This document shows, in pieces, positions 50,738-64,000 of a stretch of DNA of 64,000 nt (position 1 is the first letter of the stretch; every line of letters begins with the position of its first letter). The stretch is from the human T2T-CHM13v2.0 reference genome, Homo sapiens. The stretch lies in NCBI RefSeq assembly GCF_009914755.1, contig NC_060927.1. One strand, 5' to 3'. Under the pieces are notes generated by a model. That model was not told the DNA's origin. It saw nothing but the letters and a program-made list of their open reading frames with translations, and searched no databases. The position numbers and the translations under genes are program-made.

Positions 50738-51120
50738 TTACCAAAGCTCCAGAGTACTTTCTGCAAAAATATCCAGCTGTTGGAAGCTCTGGTTTGTGAA
50801 TGGTGAGAAGACATTTAAAACTAATACCATATCCTTCTTTCTGATTCTTCTATTTTCAAATAATTCCACCTCTTCATTATTAACTTTGAGAAGATATTTT
50901 GAACATTCCCCAGGAAGGAACAACAGAATTTCTATCCCTGGCAGAATTAAAAAAAAATTATACTGAGCTAGAGTTTTGTTCAGAGAAAGGATTTCTGGTT
51001 TGTTTTGTGATCCTTACTTTTCTCATGTATAGGTGAAGATTCTAATGCAGAGTTATCTGTAAATGTGGAATCTGCTGCCTTTTCATTCCAATTTTTCAGA
51101 ATGTGTTTGTCCCCTGTCAT
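50738..51120 (-). other. Candidate two-exon small ORF or exon pair (51120-51018 + 50937-50738), unverified
   Basis: 80-nt GT-AG intron joins two stop-free frames in phase, giving 100 codons; no recognised homology. Confidence 0.25.
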
Positions 51121-51134
51121 TTCCTCTTTTTCTT

Positions 51135-51342
51135 GAGCAGACTGTGGCCCTTGGGTCAAATCCAGCCTGCTGCCTGTTTCTTTAAATAAAGTTTTATTGA
51201 AACAATCACACTCACTCATTTATGTATTGTCTATGGCTGCCTTTGCAATGCGATGGCACAGCTGAGTAGTTGCAACAAAGATTATGTGGCCCACAAGCCT
51301 AAAATATTTACTCTTTAATCCTTTACAGAAAAAGTTTGCTAA
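51135..51342. mobile_element. MER58A
   Basis: caaatccagcctgctgcctg...cctaaaatatttact...ctttacagaaaaagtttgc. Confidence 0.85.
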
Positions 51343-52187
51343 TTATTAGCTCTCTATACCTTTCCTTCAAAATCCTAATACAATTTGTAATTATCTGTCA
51401 TGTGATTATTTTATTAATGTTAATCTCTCACACTATTCTTTAAGCTCCATGAGGGTAAAACCATGTCTATTATTTTCACTATTATATTCCCAGAACCTAA
51501 AATAATGTTGGCATATAGGTATTCAATGTATGTTTGTTAATTAAATAATTAGATTATCTAAAATGGTAACTTTGGAGCAAATAGTACCTCTGGGGTAAAT
51601 CTGCATTTCAGTTTAAACTTGTGAGGTATAATGGTAAAGTCCAGGTGGCATAATACACAAAGTGCTCAGCATAATGCTTACAAACTAGAATGGGCTGAAT
51701 AAATGACACCTTTTATTAATTGAGATCCTCCAAATCTCCTGTTTAAACCATTGTGGTGGCTTTGCCATCAGGGAACAGCCTTATAAATGCATGAAAATAT
51801 TAGGAAGAACATTCACTCTAGAGAACACATTTAGCAAGCACCTACTTTGTGCCTGGTGAATCCACTTTTCTTATTTCATGGCTTCTGAGTCTTACCAGTC
51901 TGTCTAATGTCTATAAGACCTTGCTAATCATGTATCTTCCAGAAAAGAAGATCAGTGGAGAAGTCAGCAGCCTTGCCAAGGCATGTGTCAGTTCTTCATG
52001 TATTTGCTTGTTAACCAGGACCGTGCATTGGAATTGCCTGGAGAACTATTTACAAACACTGGGGTCTGGACTTCATCCTCAAAGATTCTGGTCTGATTGG
52101 TCTAGGGTAGTATTTTTAAGCTTCTCGGGTTATTCTAACATGCAGCCAGGTGTGAGATTGTCAGTTTTATCAGTTAGGAGGTACGTG

Positions 52188-52358
52188 GCGGGGCCCAGTG
52201 GCTCACATGTGTAATCCTATCACTTTGGGAGGCCAAGACAGGGCACAGTGGTTTGCATCTATAATCTCAGCACTTTGGAAGGCTGAGACAGGGGGTCACT
52301 AGAGATCGGGAGTTCAAGACCAGCCTGACCAACAGAGCAAGACCCCCATCTCTACCAA

Positions 52359-52400
<42 letters not shown>

Positions 52401-52588
52401 TATTATTATTATTTAGCCATGCATGGTGGCACACTCCTGTAGTCTCACGACTTGGGAGGCTGAGGCAGGAGGATCGTTTGAGTCCAGGAGTTAAATACCA
52501 CAGTGAGCTGTGATTGCACCACTGTACTCCAGCCTGGGCAACAGAGTGAGATTCTGTCTTTAAAAAAACAAAAACAAAGAAACAAAAA
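52188..52588 (+). mobile_element. AluJ with a duplicated 5' head and a (TAA)n/(TTA)n middle
   Basis: Two successive A-box heads; gaggtac flanks both ends. Confidence 0.8.
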
Positions 52589-52605
52589 GAGGTACTCCAT
52601 GAATA

Positions 52606-53010
52606 TGTGATCTGAGAGACTGAAGATACAGACAATGGCTAGACCACACAGATATGACAATACAACTTTGACCCACAACCTCTGTAGCAACTGGCCTAGA
52701 AGGAAACTTTCCTATTTTTGTCCCCACTTTTCCAACTTAGGACCAGCAGAGAAAGTCAAGTATGTTCCCCAAGCAAATCATAGAAGATGTCCCACTTCTA
52801 GTTAGCCCACCTCTAGTATCTCCATGCTAACAACCTCCAATCAGGACACACGTGAAGCCTTCCATTCTTTTCACAATAAAGCCTTTCTATTCCCCTGCCT
52901 GCCTTTGAAACTCTGCCCAAAACAAGTGACAGTGGCTGACTCCCTTGTTATACCAAACTGAATAAATAGCCTCTTTCTTTTCATTTGGGTGGTTTTAGTC
53001 TATTTCCACA
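52606..53010 (+). mobile_element. ERV-type solo LTR (subfamily not assigned)
   Basis: TG...CA ends, internal ccaatca and aataaa, LTR-like composition. Confidence 0.5.
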
Positions 53011-54923
53011 GTGCCACTGTTCTTGTTACTGTACAATTGCACATATAAATAACATACTTCTTCAGCATCTCTTAAAACAAGCAGAATCAAATAACAGAGA
53101 CCTACTGGGATTAGCCTAGGTAAAAGCCCGATCAAATATAAGGATTCGAGGGTGTCTCAGACAACCCAAGAGCAGGGTACAGTTGAGTCTCAGGAATCCA
53201 GAAAAGGAAGGTTGTAGGGAACCAGAACATTTTCTCTCTTTGTCTCATGTCTCCATTTTTCTCCATGCATCTGCTCCATTTTTTCTTGGTATAGACCACC
53301 TGTCTCTATTTTTCAGCACACATGACACAATAGTCACAGCCAGCAGCTCCCAGGTTTGCATACATTTCCTCAATTAAAGACAGGAGAGCTAGACCAACTG
53401 GAATCTCCTACTTGCAATTCCAAATCCCTAAGGAAGGATCTGCCTGGCCCATGATGGAGGGGTTCCTTTTCCTGATACCCCTCTACTATGTGGATTGCTA
53501 GGAGGAGGTCAGTTCCCACAGGAAACAGGAAAGGTGGCTGAGGAGCACACATTAGTAATAAAACTTTAATAATAAAAAAGCCATGTAATTTAAATTCTAA
53601 ACTTGTACCAAACCTAGTGATTTTTGTCTCTTCTGGTGAAGCTTACCTTGTATAACTTGTAGCTGCATCTCCACTTTCAGGTATCTTGGGATCATTTTAA
53701 CATTTTTAAGAAAAATTGTCCTTGAGACCATGATGCCTCATGGGACCCTTAAGTATACCTCTCTACTTTATAAGCTTAGCCCATAGCCATGTGACAGCTG
53801 CATCCATGTCCCCACCATCTCCCAGTGTCCTGTAGAAGTACACTTCACCTATTACTGATGAGGGGCACCCATGCCCAAACAACTGCTATAGTCCTTGCTA
53901 TCCTTTTTTGGGGGACCTTTGATCTTCTTGCCCAGAAGACCTAGAGTTAGGACTGCTATCTTGAGCACCCTAACTTCCTATTGTATTTATCTCCACTCAT
54001 CCAAAGTGATGTTGTTGTCCCTCACTCCACCAATCCACAGGAACACAGAGACAGCAAGGAGGTACTAGGGATAGAGGAAGAGAGAATTTCTTGAAGTGGA
54101 ATTACCTCAGAGCCATCCATTTCTAATTAACTCAGACACTAAATTCTGGGCAACACAAGGAGGCAATTAAGCATAAGTGTATGCCATTTGCTTTGTAGGT
54201 GAATATAAATTGCATAGGCTAGAGGTTTAAGACATTGTGCTCAAGCCAAAACTAGGGCATACTGTGCTTCTCCCAACAAATCACATACATAAGTACAGAG
54301 GAGCCACAGGATTAAGTCTGGAATTTATATTTTCAAAGGAAGCTTTGAGAAAAACACTGCTTCAAACATTCCAGCCACTATCACCATGGAGCTCTGCACC
54401 AAGTCTTGATATCAAAGAATTACTGAAGACCTGACACATACGCCATTATGCAAATAACATATTCTTACTGTTTTCAACTGTGAAGTTCAATTAATGTTTT
54501 ATTATGTGAAGTCAAACAGGCGCCTACTCTTAAACTTCTAGCTTTAAACAAGTAGCAATATTGTCAGTCTGTTTTGATGTCTGCTCATCTCTAAGCAGAG
54601 AGAAAAGGAACAAAGATAACTGGGAGTTTTGTGTTATGTAACTGCAGAGTTCACTGTCTCTTTGCCCTTTTCAAGGTCTTGGGTACTATCTGATCTGACA
54701 TTTCTCAAGCTAGATATTTGAGAATAGCTTCTGAAAGATCATCTTTCTCTTTCATTTTCCCCCCTCCTGGAATATTTTACATGAGTTTGCAATGCACCTC
54801 ACCCTTCAATGGAAAGGATTCATGAGGCCCTTAGCGCCAGAGGACATTGTGACCTAGCTAGGAGGGATTGTGTTTCCACTCCCCTGCTTACTAATGATAC
54901 AGGCTGTAGCAAGACACAGATAT

Positions 54924-55111
54924 ATATTTATTATACTTTAAGTTCTAGGGTACATGTGCACAATGTGCAGGTTTGTTAAATAGGTATACATGTGCCATGT
55001 TGGTGTGCTGGACCCATGAACTCATCATTTACATTAGGTATTTCTCCTAATGCTAGCCCTCCCCCAGTCCCCCATCCCACGACAGGCCCCGGGGTGTGAT
55101 GTTCCCCACCT
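54924..55111 (-). mobile_element. L1PA (PA6/7-like) 3' stub inserted in MIR
   Basis: TSD aagacacagatat at 54911-54923 and 55114-55126. Confidence 0.9.
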
Positions 55112-55249
55112 TGAAGACACAGATATTTTTGAACCCTGATTTCATCATCAGTCAAATGGGAATAATAATAATAATAATAATAAAAGTATGTTCTGCCCAC
55201 CTCATAGGGAATCAAATGATAATCAAAAGAGATGCCAACATGGACATTC

Positions 55250-56470
55250 TAATTTATGGGGCACCTACTGTATGCCATGTATTCTGACAGGGCCTTAGTG
55301 TGAAACGATGGAGCAAAGATAGACATGGTCTATTTCCATATGGGCTTACTTGAGTCTACTGGGAAAATTAGATTTCAAGTTTTAAAATCCACACAACAAA
55401 TGTAAACTTTAACTGTGACAAATGCTCCAAGGCAGAGGTACATGGTGCTATGAGAGACTGTATTAGGGAGATCTGATTTAGGTTTGAGGTCAGAGAAGGC
55501 TTCCCCGGTGGTAGTGATGATTGAGCTATAACCTGAAGGGAAAAATAGAAGTTGGCTAGGGGAAGAGAGAGGGGAGCACCTTCCAGGTAGCGGGAATAAG
55601 ACGTACAAAAGCCCCATAAAGAAGAGACCCATAATGAATACAAGGAATTGAAAGACATGCAAAAGGAACATTGGCACCTTGCCCTGCCACCATATAATTA
55701 AGTGTACACGTTGCATACACAGTCGGGGGGAAAATAAAAGCAACTTTGCATCTGAGTGACCATGAAAATCAGAAATAACTGTCTAATCCCCATTCCTCAA
55801 ATGAATTGAGCCTCTTCTTGAAAGTTAAAAACAATTTTATCCCTCATTTTATCTTTGATATCTTCAGATATATAATGATCCTTGTAGATATGATAATCAA
55901 GTGAGAAATTTCTAGGTTTTGAGCAATGAAAATAATTGTCAGACTGATTATAACTCTAAATACCTGCTTTTCATCCTGTTCCATTCTTCTGGAGGTTGAA
56001 CGGTCTTGCAAGCATTGCAAGGAACATTTCTTACTACTTAAACCTCCCTCTGAGTGCTAGTGTGGCAGGAACTGTCCAAGGTAAAGTTAGAGAGATTTAG
56101 TTTGGGCCAGCTCACAGAGTCCTGTGAGCCACTTTCAGAAATCTTATCTTTACGTTAGAAAGCCACTGGGGGTGGTGGGAACATGATCTTTTGCATTTTG
56201 AGACCACCATCCTGCTATGGCGTGAAAGTGAATTACAGAGGAAAAGAGCAAGTGCAGCTCAGCCAGTTAGGAGGCCACTGCAATAACCAAGTTGAAAGAA
56301 GATGGAAGCTTATTTTAGGGTGGTGATGGTGATGGTAAAATGGAGAGAAGAAAATGGAACTGAAAGGCATTTGGGTAATAAAATGAACAGGACTTTATTC
56401 TGGCCTGAACACTAATTGGATAGTGAAGCTATACCCTAAGCTGGGAAGCACTGGAAGAGGAATGGCTCGG
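55250..56470 (-). mobile_element. L2 fragments
   Basis: gcacctactgtatgcca...; gccagttaggaggccactgcaataacc. Confidence 0.65.
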
Positions 56471-56781
56471 GCCCTTGTAAAGTCCTAGATGCATGTAAAG
56501 TGTGATTCTCACTATCCAGGGATTGGGGAATTCCTAGGGACAGAGTGCTGTCATACTCCCTTCCAAACCACATGGTGCAGTCCTAGCATTCCCAAATCTC
56601 CGTGTGTAACCCATTAAACCCTCTGGTGAAATGCAAGGAATTCACTCCTTTGTCAAAGCCACTATTGTGTCTCCTTGGAGATCTCATTTAAATACATTTA
56701 TAGGGAGAGACAAGACATTAAGAATCTGTTAATCACTCTTTATGTTTACATGACACCTTAAAATTCATAAGATGTTTTACC

Positions 56782-56990
56782 ACAGCAATACTCAAAGTGT
56801 AGCCCCCAGAAGCAGCTTCAGCATCACCTGGGAGCTTGTAAGAAATGCAGATGCTCAGAATATCCAAGACCGAATGAGTCAGAAACTTGGTGTGTGTCAT
56901 GTGGGGGTGGGGAGGGGGTGTATCTGAAACCTGTGTTTTGACAAATTCTCCAGGCGATGCTGATACACACTCAAGTTTGAGAAGCATTGC
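56782..56990. mobile_element. MER5A
   Basis: cagcatcacctgggagcttgtaagaaatgcag...gtttgagaagcattg. Confidence 0.8.
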
Positions 56991-57360
56991 TTACATATAA
57001 TATCTCTTCAATGTTTAACAATTGTGGTAGGTAGAAATTATTATCATCCCTTTTTCACTAAAATAGAACTGAGCCTCTGAGAAGTTAAGTGATTTGCTTA
57101 AACACCCAGTTGGTGATAGCAGAAGTGTAAATCCAGTCCAAGAATCCAGGATCTCCTGGATCTACATTTAGTTCCCATCCAGTCTTTTCAGTTAAAAATG
57201 AATGCAGGGATCTGAGGAGACAGGTTTGTATGTTTGATGGGGACTGAGGGTGCAAAGGTGAATTTGGAAGAGATGAAAGGATTTCCTTTCATCCTAATTT
57301 GTACCCAGTAATAAGCTGCCAGATTATATTATTCTGCCTGGGGTGGGCCTCAGGAGGGAG

Positions 57361-57568
57361 CAGTAGTGCACTAGTGCTGGCTGGTAACAGTTTAGGAAGA
57401 GCCAATAATGCACATCTCTTCCAAACTGGGTTTAGTGATGTCATGTTGTAGGTTAAAATGGACCAGGGTGGGAGTATTTACATTACAGAAATGGCAAATG
57501 CTACAAATTAGGGCTTACCAACCCTGCTCCCTAGAGATGGTTATTAAATATTTACCGGCACACCACTG
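57361..57568 (+). mobile_element. MER63A-like hAT MITE
   Basis: Termini cagtagtg.../...caccactg; gggagtatttac...gctacaaat. Confidence 0.75.
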
Positions 57569-58597
57569 GGTGGACACCAGAGGATCTCAGAGACAATATC
57601 ATAAAATAGGAAACGTAGGGATACCGAGGTATGACAGGTTCACTGTGATGAAGGTAAAGTGTTGCCAGTTATAATTATGAACTAGATGTTTCTCTTGTGG
57701 ATTAAGGTAACTGGCAACAAATAAACCCATCTTAAATCGTATACTTCTAGCTGAGCTAGCAAAGTCAAGATAAGAAACACTGAATACGTATGTTTGAGAC
57801 AAAATTAAAAAACATTTTAAAAGGGGTTTCTAGTCTCCACTAAATATAAAAAACAAGTGAGCAGGCTCTTCATAATAAAGAGCACGTCTTCACCATTTTT
57901 CCTAACATCTCTGGAAATGGCTCTTCAGAACCCTCGAACAAAATGATAACAGATGCCATCAGCAAGACCTACAGACTCTGGAAAGAAAGGAAGTTTTACC
58001 AAAATCAAGTTCATGTTATATTTTAGTAAACGTTGAATAAAATTCTATGAATTTTTCTGTACACCCAAGAATGAGAAAGTATAATTATGTGAAACATGGA
58101 TTCATGCTGGGAGGCTTGTTTAAAATAGAATCTATCTTAACTAAAATTTGAATACATTTTGGTTTAGAAGCTAAGAATGAAGACTTTTGACTTTGGGGGC
58201 ATTTAACTCCTAATATTATAGAGCTTAGCTACTAAAACCAATCATAGAATCACCTAGAATGTCTCTGGCCTAGTGATTCTCAACTGTGGATACACACTGG
58301 AGTCACCTGGGGAGCTTTTAAAAATCCTGATTTCCAGGTGGCCCCCCAAAAGCAGTTAAATCAGAGTCTCTGGGAGTGGGACACAGGCAGCAGTGTTTGT
58401 AAAAGCATTCCAGGTGATCCCAAGTACATGATTCCAATTGCAGCTAAGGTCAAGAACCCCAGTCCTGGAACAAATAGAGAACCCCTACCCCTTATTTTAC
58501 AGACAAAAGGCCTGAAGCCCAAAGAACTTTAATAACTGGCCCAGAGTCACTCAGCTAGTTGCTAGCTAGTTTATCATTGTGAACATTGTCAGAATCA

Positions 58598-58935
<338 letters not shown>

Positions 58936-59082
58936 AAGAATACCCTGATAAATAGAGCTGAGGAAAGCTATGAGGAGAGGGTTTTGATGCTTGTATGCCT
59001 GATAACAGAAGCTATCACAAAAGACTGCAAAAACCACAGCCTTGCACAAAGTCCATTGCAAACTTTCACAAAAAGTACCTCT

Positions 59083-59122
59083 TGTATTAGTTGAGGTTCT
59101 CCAGAGGGACAGAACTAATGCC

Positions 59123-59170
<48 letters not shown>

Positions 59171-59556
59171 TAATTTATTAAGCATTAAATCACAAGACCA
59201 CCAGGTCCCATTATACACAACAGGCTGTCTGCAGGCTGAAGAGCAAGGAGAGCCAGTCTGAGTTCCAAAGCTGCAGAACTTGGAGTCTGATGTTCGAGGG
59301 CAGGAAGCATCCGGCACGGGAGAAAGATGTAGGCTGGGAGGCTAGGCTAGTCTCTCTTTTCGCATTTTTCTGCCTGCTTATATTCTAGCCACAATGGCAG
59401 CTGATTAGATGGTGCCACCCAAATTAAGAGTGGGTCTACCTTTCCCAGCTCACTGACTCGAATGTTAATCTCCTTTGGCAACAACCTCACCAACACACCC
59501 AGGATCAATAGTTTGTATCCTTTAATCCAATCAAGTTGACAGTATTAGCCATCATA
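59083..59556 (-). mobile_element. MLT2A (HERV-L) solo LTR
   Basis: gagcaaggagagccagtctgagttccaaa...aatccaatcaagttgaca; TSD cctct at 59078-59082 and 59557-59561. Confidence 0.9.
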
Positions 59557-60343
59557 CCTCTACAAGGACATCTGCCCAGCAACTGCCTGTCTAACCTTGG
59601 ACTGGAATCACCATTGTTATTGAACTTTGCAGTCAAGGATAATTATTTCAAAACAACAATGTAACCTTACTCAGTTTTTCCTTTAAAAACCTTTGTTTTA
59701 CCTCCCTGAGTATGCACATAGTTTGATATGACATGCATATTCCCATTGCAATGTTTTATTCCCAAATACTTGCCTTTTCTTTTAGAGAGCCCCTCTCCGT
59801 TATTTAGGTTAACATCATCAATCAGTTAGCAATTATCGTTTGCTCAGTACTGTGGTAGGTGCCTTTGAATTTAAAGGGAAGACCAGTGGAGTGGACTGTG
59901 GAGCTCTGTTTTCATAATTCCCACAAGCACTTTTGTCCTGGTGAAATCATTTTAAATCAGTAGTGACTTCAGATTCCCACTTCACCACGCAACCTCCTAC
60001 CCCCAGGTTTTTCCAATTACTCTAATAGCACTCTGTAATTTGTTTTCATAGCATGTGTCACAGTTTGTAATTGTATATTTATGTATAACATTACTATATT
60101 AATTAATCCCACTAGTCTATAAACTCCATGAGGACATGGATTGTGTCTGGATTTTACCCACAATTCATTCCTTTAGTCAACAAATATTTACTCGGAGTGC
60201 CTACCCTGGGTCAGGCTCTGTTCTAAGAACTAGTATAGTGCCTGGCACAGAGTAGTCACTTAATAAATGTTTCTGTCAGTCACAAAAAGGCAGGAAGAGA
60301 AGGGGTATGTGGAAACATGAAGAGGCACCCCTTTATGTTAGAA

Positions 60344-60489
60344 CAGTGGTTTCCAGAGTGGTCTGCAGACAAGCAACATCAGCATCACTTGGGAATGTGT
60401 TAGTAATGCAAATTCTCAGGCCCCACTCCAGACTGACTTAATCACGCCCGTGGTGATTCTGATGAATGCTAAGGTTTGAGAACCACTGC
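60344..60489. mobile_element. MER5A (internally deleted)
   Basis: cagtggtttc...tttgagaaccactg. Confidence 0.75.
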
Positions 60490-62094
60490 AGTCAAGTTGG
60501 CGGAACTGGGAGCTGATTATATGCTTCTGATTTTATTTTGGCATCAGTTAAGAAATGCCACCTTTGATCTTCCCACCAGCTGCCTCTTTGCTTGTCCTTC
60601 TTCCAAGGCCTTCCACCTGTCCCCAGGAAATCAAAGAGCTTGAAGGAACCACTCAGATTTTGACCCATAAGGATAGCTCTTTCATCAAATTGTGGTCTAT
60701 ATCTTCAAAAAAGATGGGAATGTAAAGTAGACTGGATGTAAGGCTGAAACAGAAGGTTTCATTTGGCACTATTTAACAAAACTCTTGAGAATATCCTTTT
60801 TAAATGAGTTGGCTGTGTTAGGAACCAGACATTCACAGCCTCATAAATCAGGAATGGGAGTGTTGGCTGCATATAAAGTTTGGTATCACCTTGTCCTGCT
60901 GTACATGCCTTGCCAACTCCAGCCCTTAGCAATTCCCATTTGCTTCAGTTTCTTCCTCATTACGACTGCCAAGATTTCTGAAGAAAGTGTCAAAGCCTTG
61001 CTAGTTTGATCCACTCCCAAGTCACTCCATCCAGCTTTGACGAGGTTCTCCTGGCGCTGCTGCTCATCAATCACCCTTTCCTTCTCTCTTCTTCACTCTC
61101 GACCAGCCACTTTCCACTCTTTTTACCAGCAACCCCTCTCTGACTTCTCACTCTCAGTAGTGACCTTACCACTCCTCTTAGAATGTCAGAGTCCAACACG
61201 ATCTCTCAGCTTTCTTCTCTCCACCTCATTTTTCTGTATTTTAACTTTTTCCTTTTTTCCTTATTTTTCATTTCATTTACAAGTGATTTACTAAGAACTC
61301 TTTATTTGCCAAGCACCGTCCATAATCCTGCCTTCAGGGTGCATTCAAGGAAAGCTAATAATAAACATACAAATATTTAATAAGACAGGATAATTATAAA
61401 TTGTGACAAGAGCCACAAAGGAAAGCCAAGTCTAGGCCGGGAATGGGGGATAGGAGAGAGAGAGAGAGAGAGAGAGATAGACTTCCTAGGGCTTTCCTCC
61501 TCCCTGTGCACATTCTGATTCCAGCTTGGTTTGCTTCCACTGATTTAATTACCATCACATCTCTCTCTCTTACTCCAAATCCTGTCCTGCTACCTACAAG
61601 TAGAATTGACTCTGCCCCATTGTAAAACATGTCTCCATGATTCTAGGATGGGTTGGTTTTCGTTTCCACCGCTTTCTTGAAACTCTACCTTCCATTAGAC
61701 TTGTCGCTAAAGTCTAAATCCAGTGGCCTAGTACTCTCCATTCTTGTCCTGCATATAGGGATATCCACGTTCCTTCTGATTTAAACCCATTCCTTCCCTG
61801 ACTTCTGTAAGGTGGAGCCAATCTTGTTCTTGAATCTACCCAAATGTGCTTCTCTCTTTGTTTTGCTCTCTTCTACACTGATATATCCACCTCCTTCAGG
61901 AAATCATTTTTTATTTTTTCAGCCGGAAGTGACCAGGCCCTCCTCTGATACCTTACAGCGCTCCTCTTTAACAGGTGATAGCACTTACTGGTCCTTTTGT
62001 GGCTCTCTCATTCTCCTTCCTAGGGTTGCAAAATGCCTAAGAGCAAGAACTGTGAATGAAGCATTTTTAAAATTCTACCACCGAGGGTTTTTTT

Positions 62095-64000
62095 TTCTTA
62101 ATTTTTTTTAACTTTTTGTATTTCAATAGGTTTTTGTGGAACAAGTGGTGTTTGGTTACATGAATAAGTTCTTTACTGGTGATTTCTGAGCTTTTGGTGC
62201 ACCCATCACCCAAGCAGTGTACACTGTACCCAGTGTATAGTCTTTTATCCCTCACCACCCCCACTCTTTCCGCCAAGTCCCCAAAACCCAATGTATCATT
62301 CTTATTCCTTTGTGTCCTTATAGCTTAGCTCCCACATAAGAGCAGGAATATACGATGTTTGGTTTTCCATTCCTGAATTACTTAACTTAGAATAATAGTC
62401 TCCAATTCCACCCAGGTTGCTGTGAATGCCATTATTTCATTCCTTTTTATGGCTGAGTAGTATTTCATGGTATATTAATACCACATTTTCTTTATCCACT
62501 CATAAATTGATGGGCATTTGGGCTGATTCCATATTTTTGAAATTGTAAATTGTGCTGCTATAAACATGTGTGTGCAAGTATATTTTTCATATAAAGATTT
62601 CTTTTCCTCTGGGTAGATACCTAGTAGTGGGATTGCTGGATCAAATTGTAGATCTACTTTTAGTTTTTAAAGGAATCTCCACACAGTTTTCCATAGTAGT
62701 TGTACCAGTTTACATTCCCACCAACAGTGTAAGTGTTCCCATTTCACTGCATCCCCACCAACATCTATTATTGTTTGATTTTTTGACTTATGGCCATTCT
62801 TGCAGGAGTAAAGTGGTATCACATTGTGGTTGTGATCTGCATTTCTCTGATCATTAGTGATGTTGAGCATTTTTCCATATGCTTGTTGGTCATTTGTCTA
62901 TTTTCTTTTGAGAATTGTCTATTCATGTCCTTCGTTCACTTTTTGATGGGATTTGTTTGTTTCTTGCTGATTTGAGTTCTTTGTAGATTCCGGATATTAG
63001 TCCTTTGTTAGACATGTAGTTTGTCAAGATTTTCTCACACTCTGTGAGTTGTCTGTTAACTCTGCTAATTATTTATTTTGCTGTGCAGAAGCTTTTTAGT
63101 TTAATCAAGTCCCATCTATTGTTTTTGTTGCATTTGCTTTTGGGTTCTTGGTCATAAAGCCTTTGTCTAAGCCAATGTCTAGAAGGGTTTTTCCAATGTT
63201 ATCTTCTAGAATCTTTATGGTTTCGGGTCTTAGATTTAAGTCTTTGATCAATCTTGAGTTGATTTTTATATAAGGTGAGAGATGAAGATCCAGTTTCATT
63301 CTTCTACATGTGTCTAGCCAATTACCCCAGCCTCATTTGTTGAATAGAGTGTCCTTCCCCCACTTTATGTTTTGTTTGCTTTGTCACAGATCAGTTGGCT
63401 GTAAGTATTTGGCTTTATTTCTGTGTCCTCTATTTTGTTCCATTGGTCTATGTGCCTATTTTTTATATCAGTACCATGCTGTTTTGGTGACTGTGACCTT
63501 ATAGTATAGTTTGAAGTCAAATAATGTGATGCTTCCAGATTTGTTCTTTTTGCTTAGTCTTGCCTTGGCTATGTGGGCACTTTTTTGGCTTCATATGTAT
63601 TTTAGGATTGTGTTTTCTAGTTTTGTGAAGAATGATGGTGGTATTTTGATGGGATTGCATTGAATTTGTAGATTACATTCGGCACTATGGTCATTTTCAC
63701 AATATTGATTCTACCCATCCATGAGCATGGGCTGTGTTTCTCTTCATTTGTGTTATCTATGATTTCTTTCAGCAATGTTTTGTAGTTTTCCTTGCAGAGT
63801 TCTTTCACGTCCTTGGTTAGGTATATTCCAACCTATTTTTTTTTGGAGCTATTATGAAAAGGATTGAGTTCTTGATTTGATTCTCGCTTGGTCGCTGTTG
63901 GTATATGGCAGAGCTACTGATTTGTGTACATTAATTTTGTATCATGAAACTTTGCTGAGTTCATTTACAAATTCTAGATGCTTTTTGGATGAGTCTTCAG
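62095..64000 (-). mobile_element. L1PB (PB1-like) 3' part, runs off window end
   Basis: Same 3' end type as 38120; degenerate ORF2 pieces ([20 protein letters not shown]). Confidence 0.9.

Noticed and set aside
60886-61074. 62-aa protein-like minus-strand ORF
   Set aside because: No acceptor or ATG, no recognised homology, length within chance

Overview
Human genomic DNA, repeat-dense and CpG-poor. It has no CpG island and no gene I can name. Much of it is interspersed repeat (L1, Alu, MIR, L2, MaLR/ERV solo LTRs, MER DNA transposons). All long ORFs are L1 ORF2 pieces. Best-supported highlights: (1) a 2.9-kb human-specific L1HS Ta-1 insertion (19604-22519) with a 15-bp TSD, a 70-bp 5' inversion and a broken RT motif (FADD>FADV); (2) three L1s of different ages that all show clean twin-priming inversions; (3) nested LTR/Alu stacks with intact TSDs and two perfect DUX4 motifs. 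The main speculative lead is a minus-strand, splice-joined 100-codon ORF across an 80-nt GT-AG intron in unique sequence (50738-51120). I found no convincing new multi-gene system. Repeat subfamily names come from recalled consensus sequences, not from a database search.
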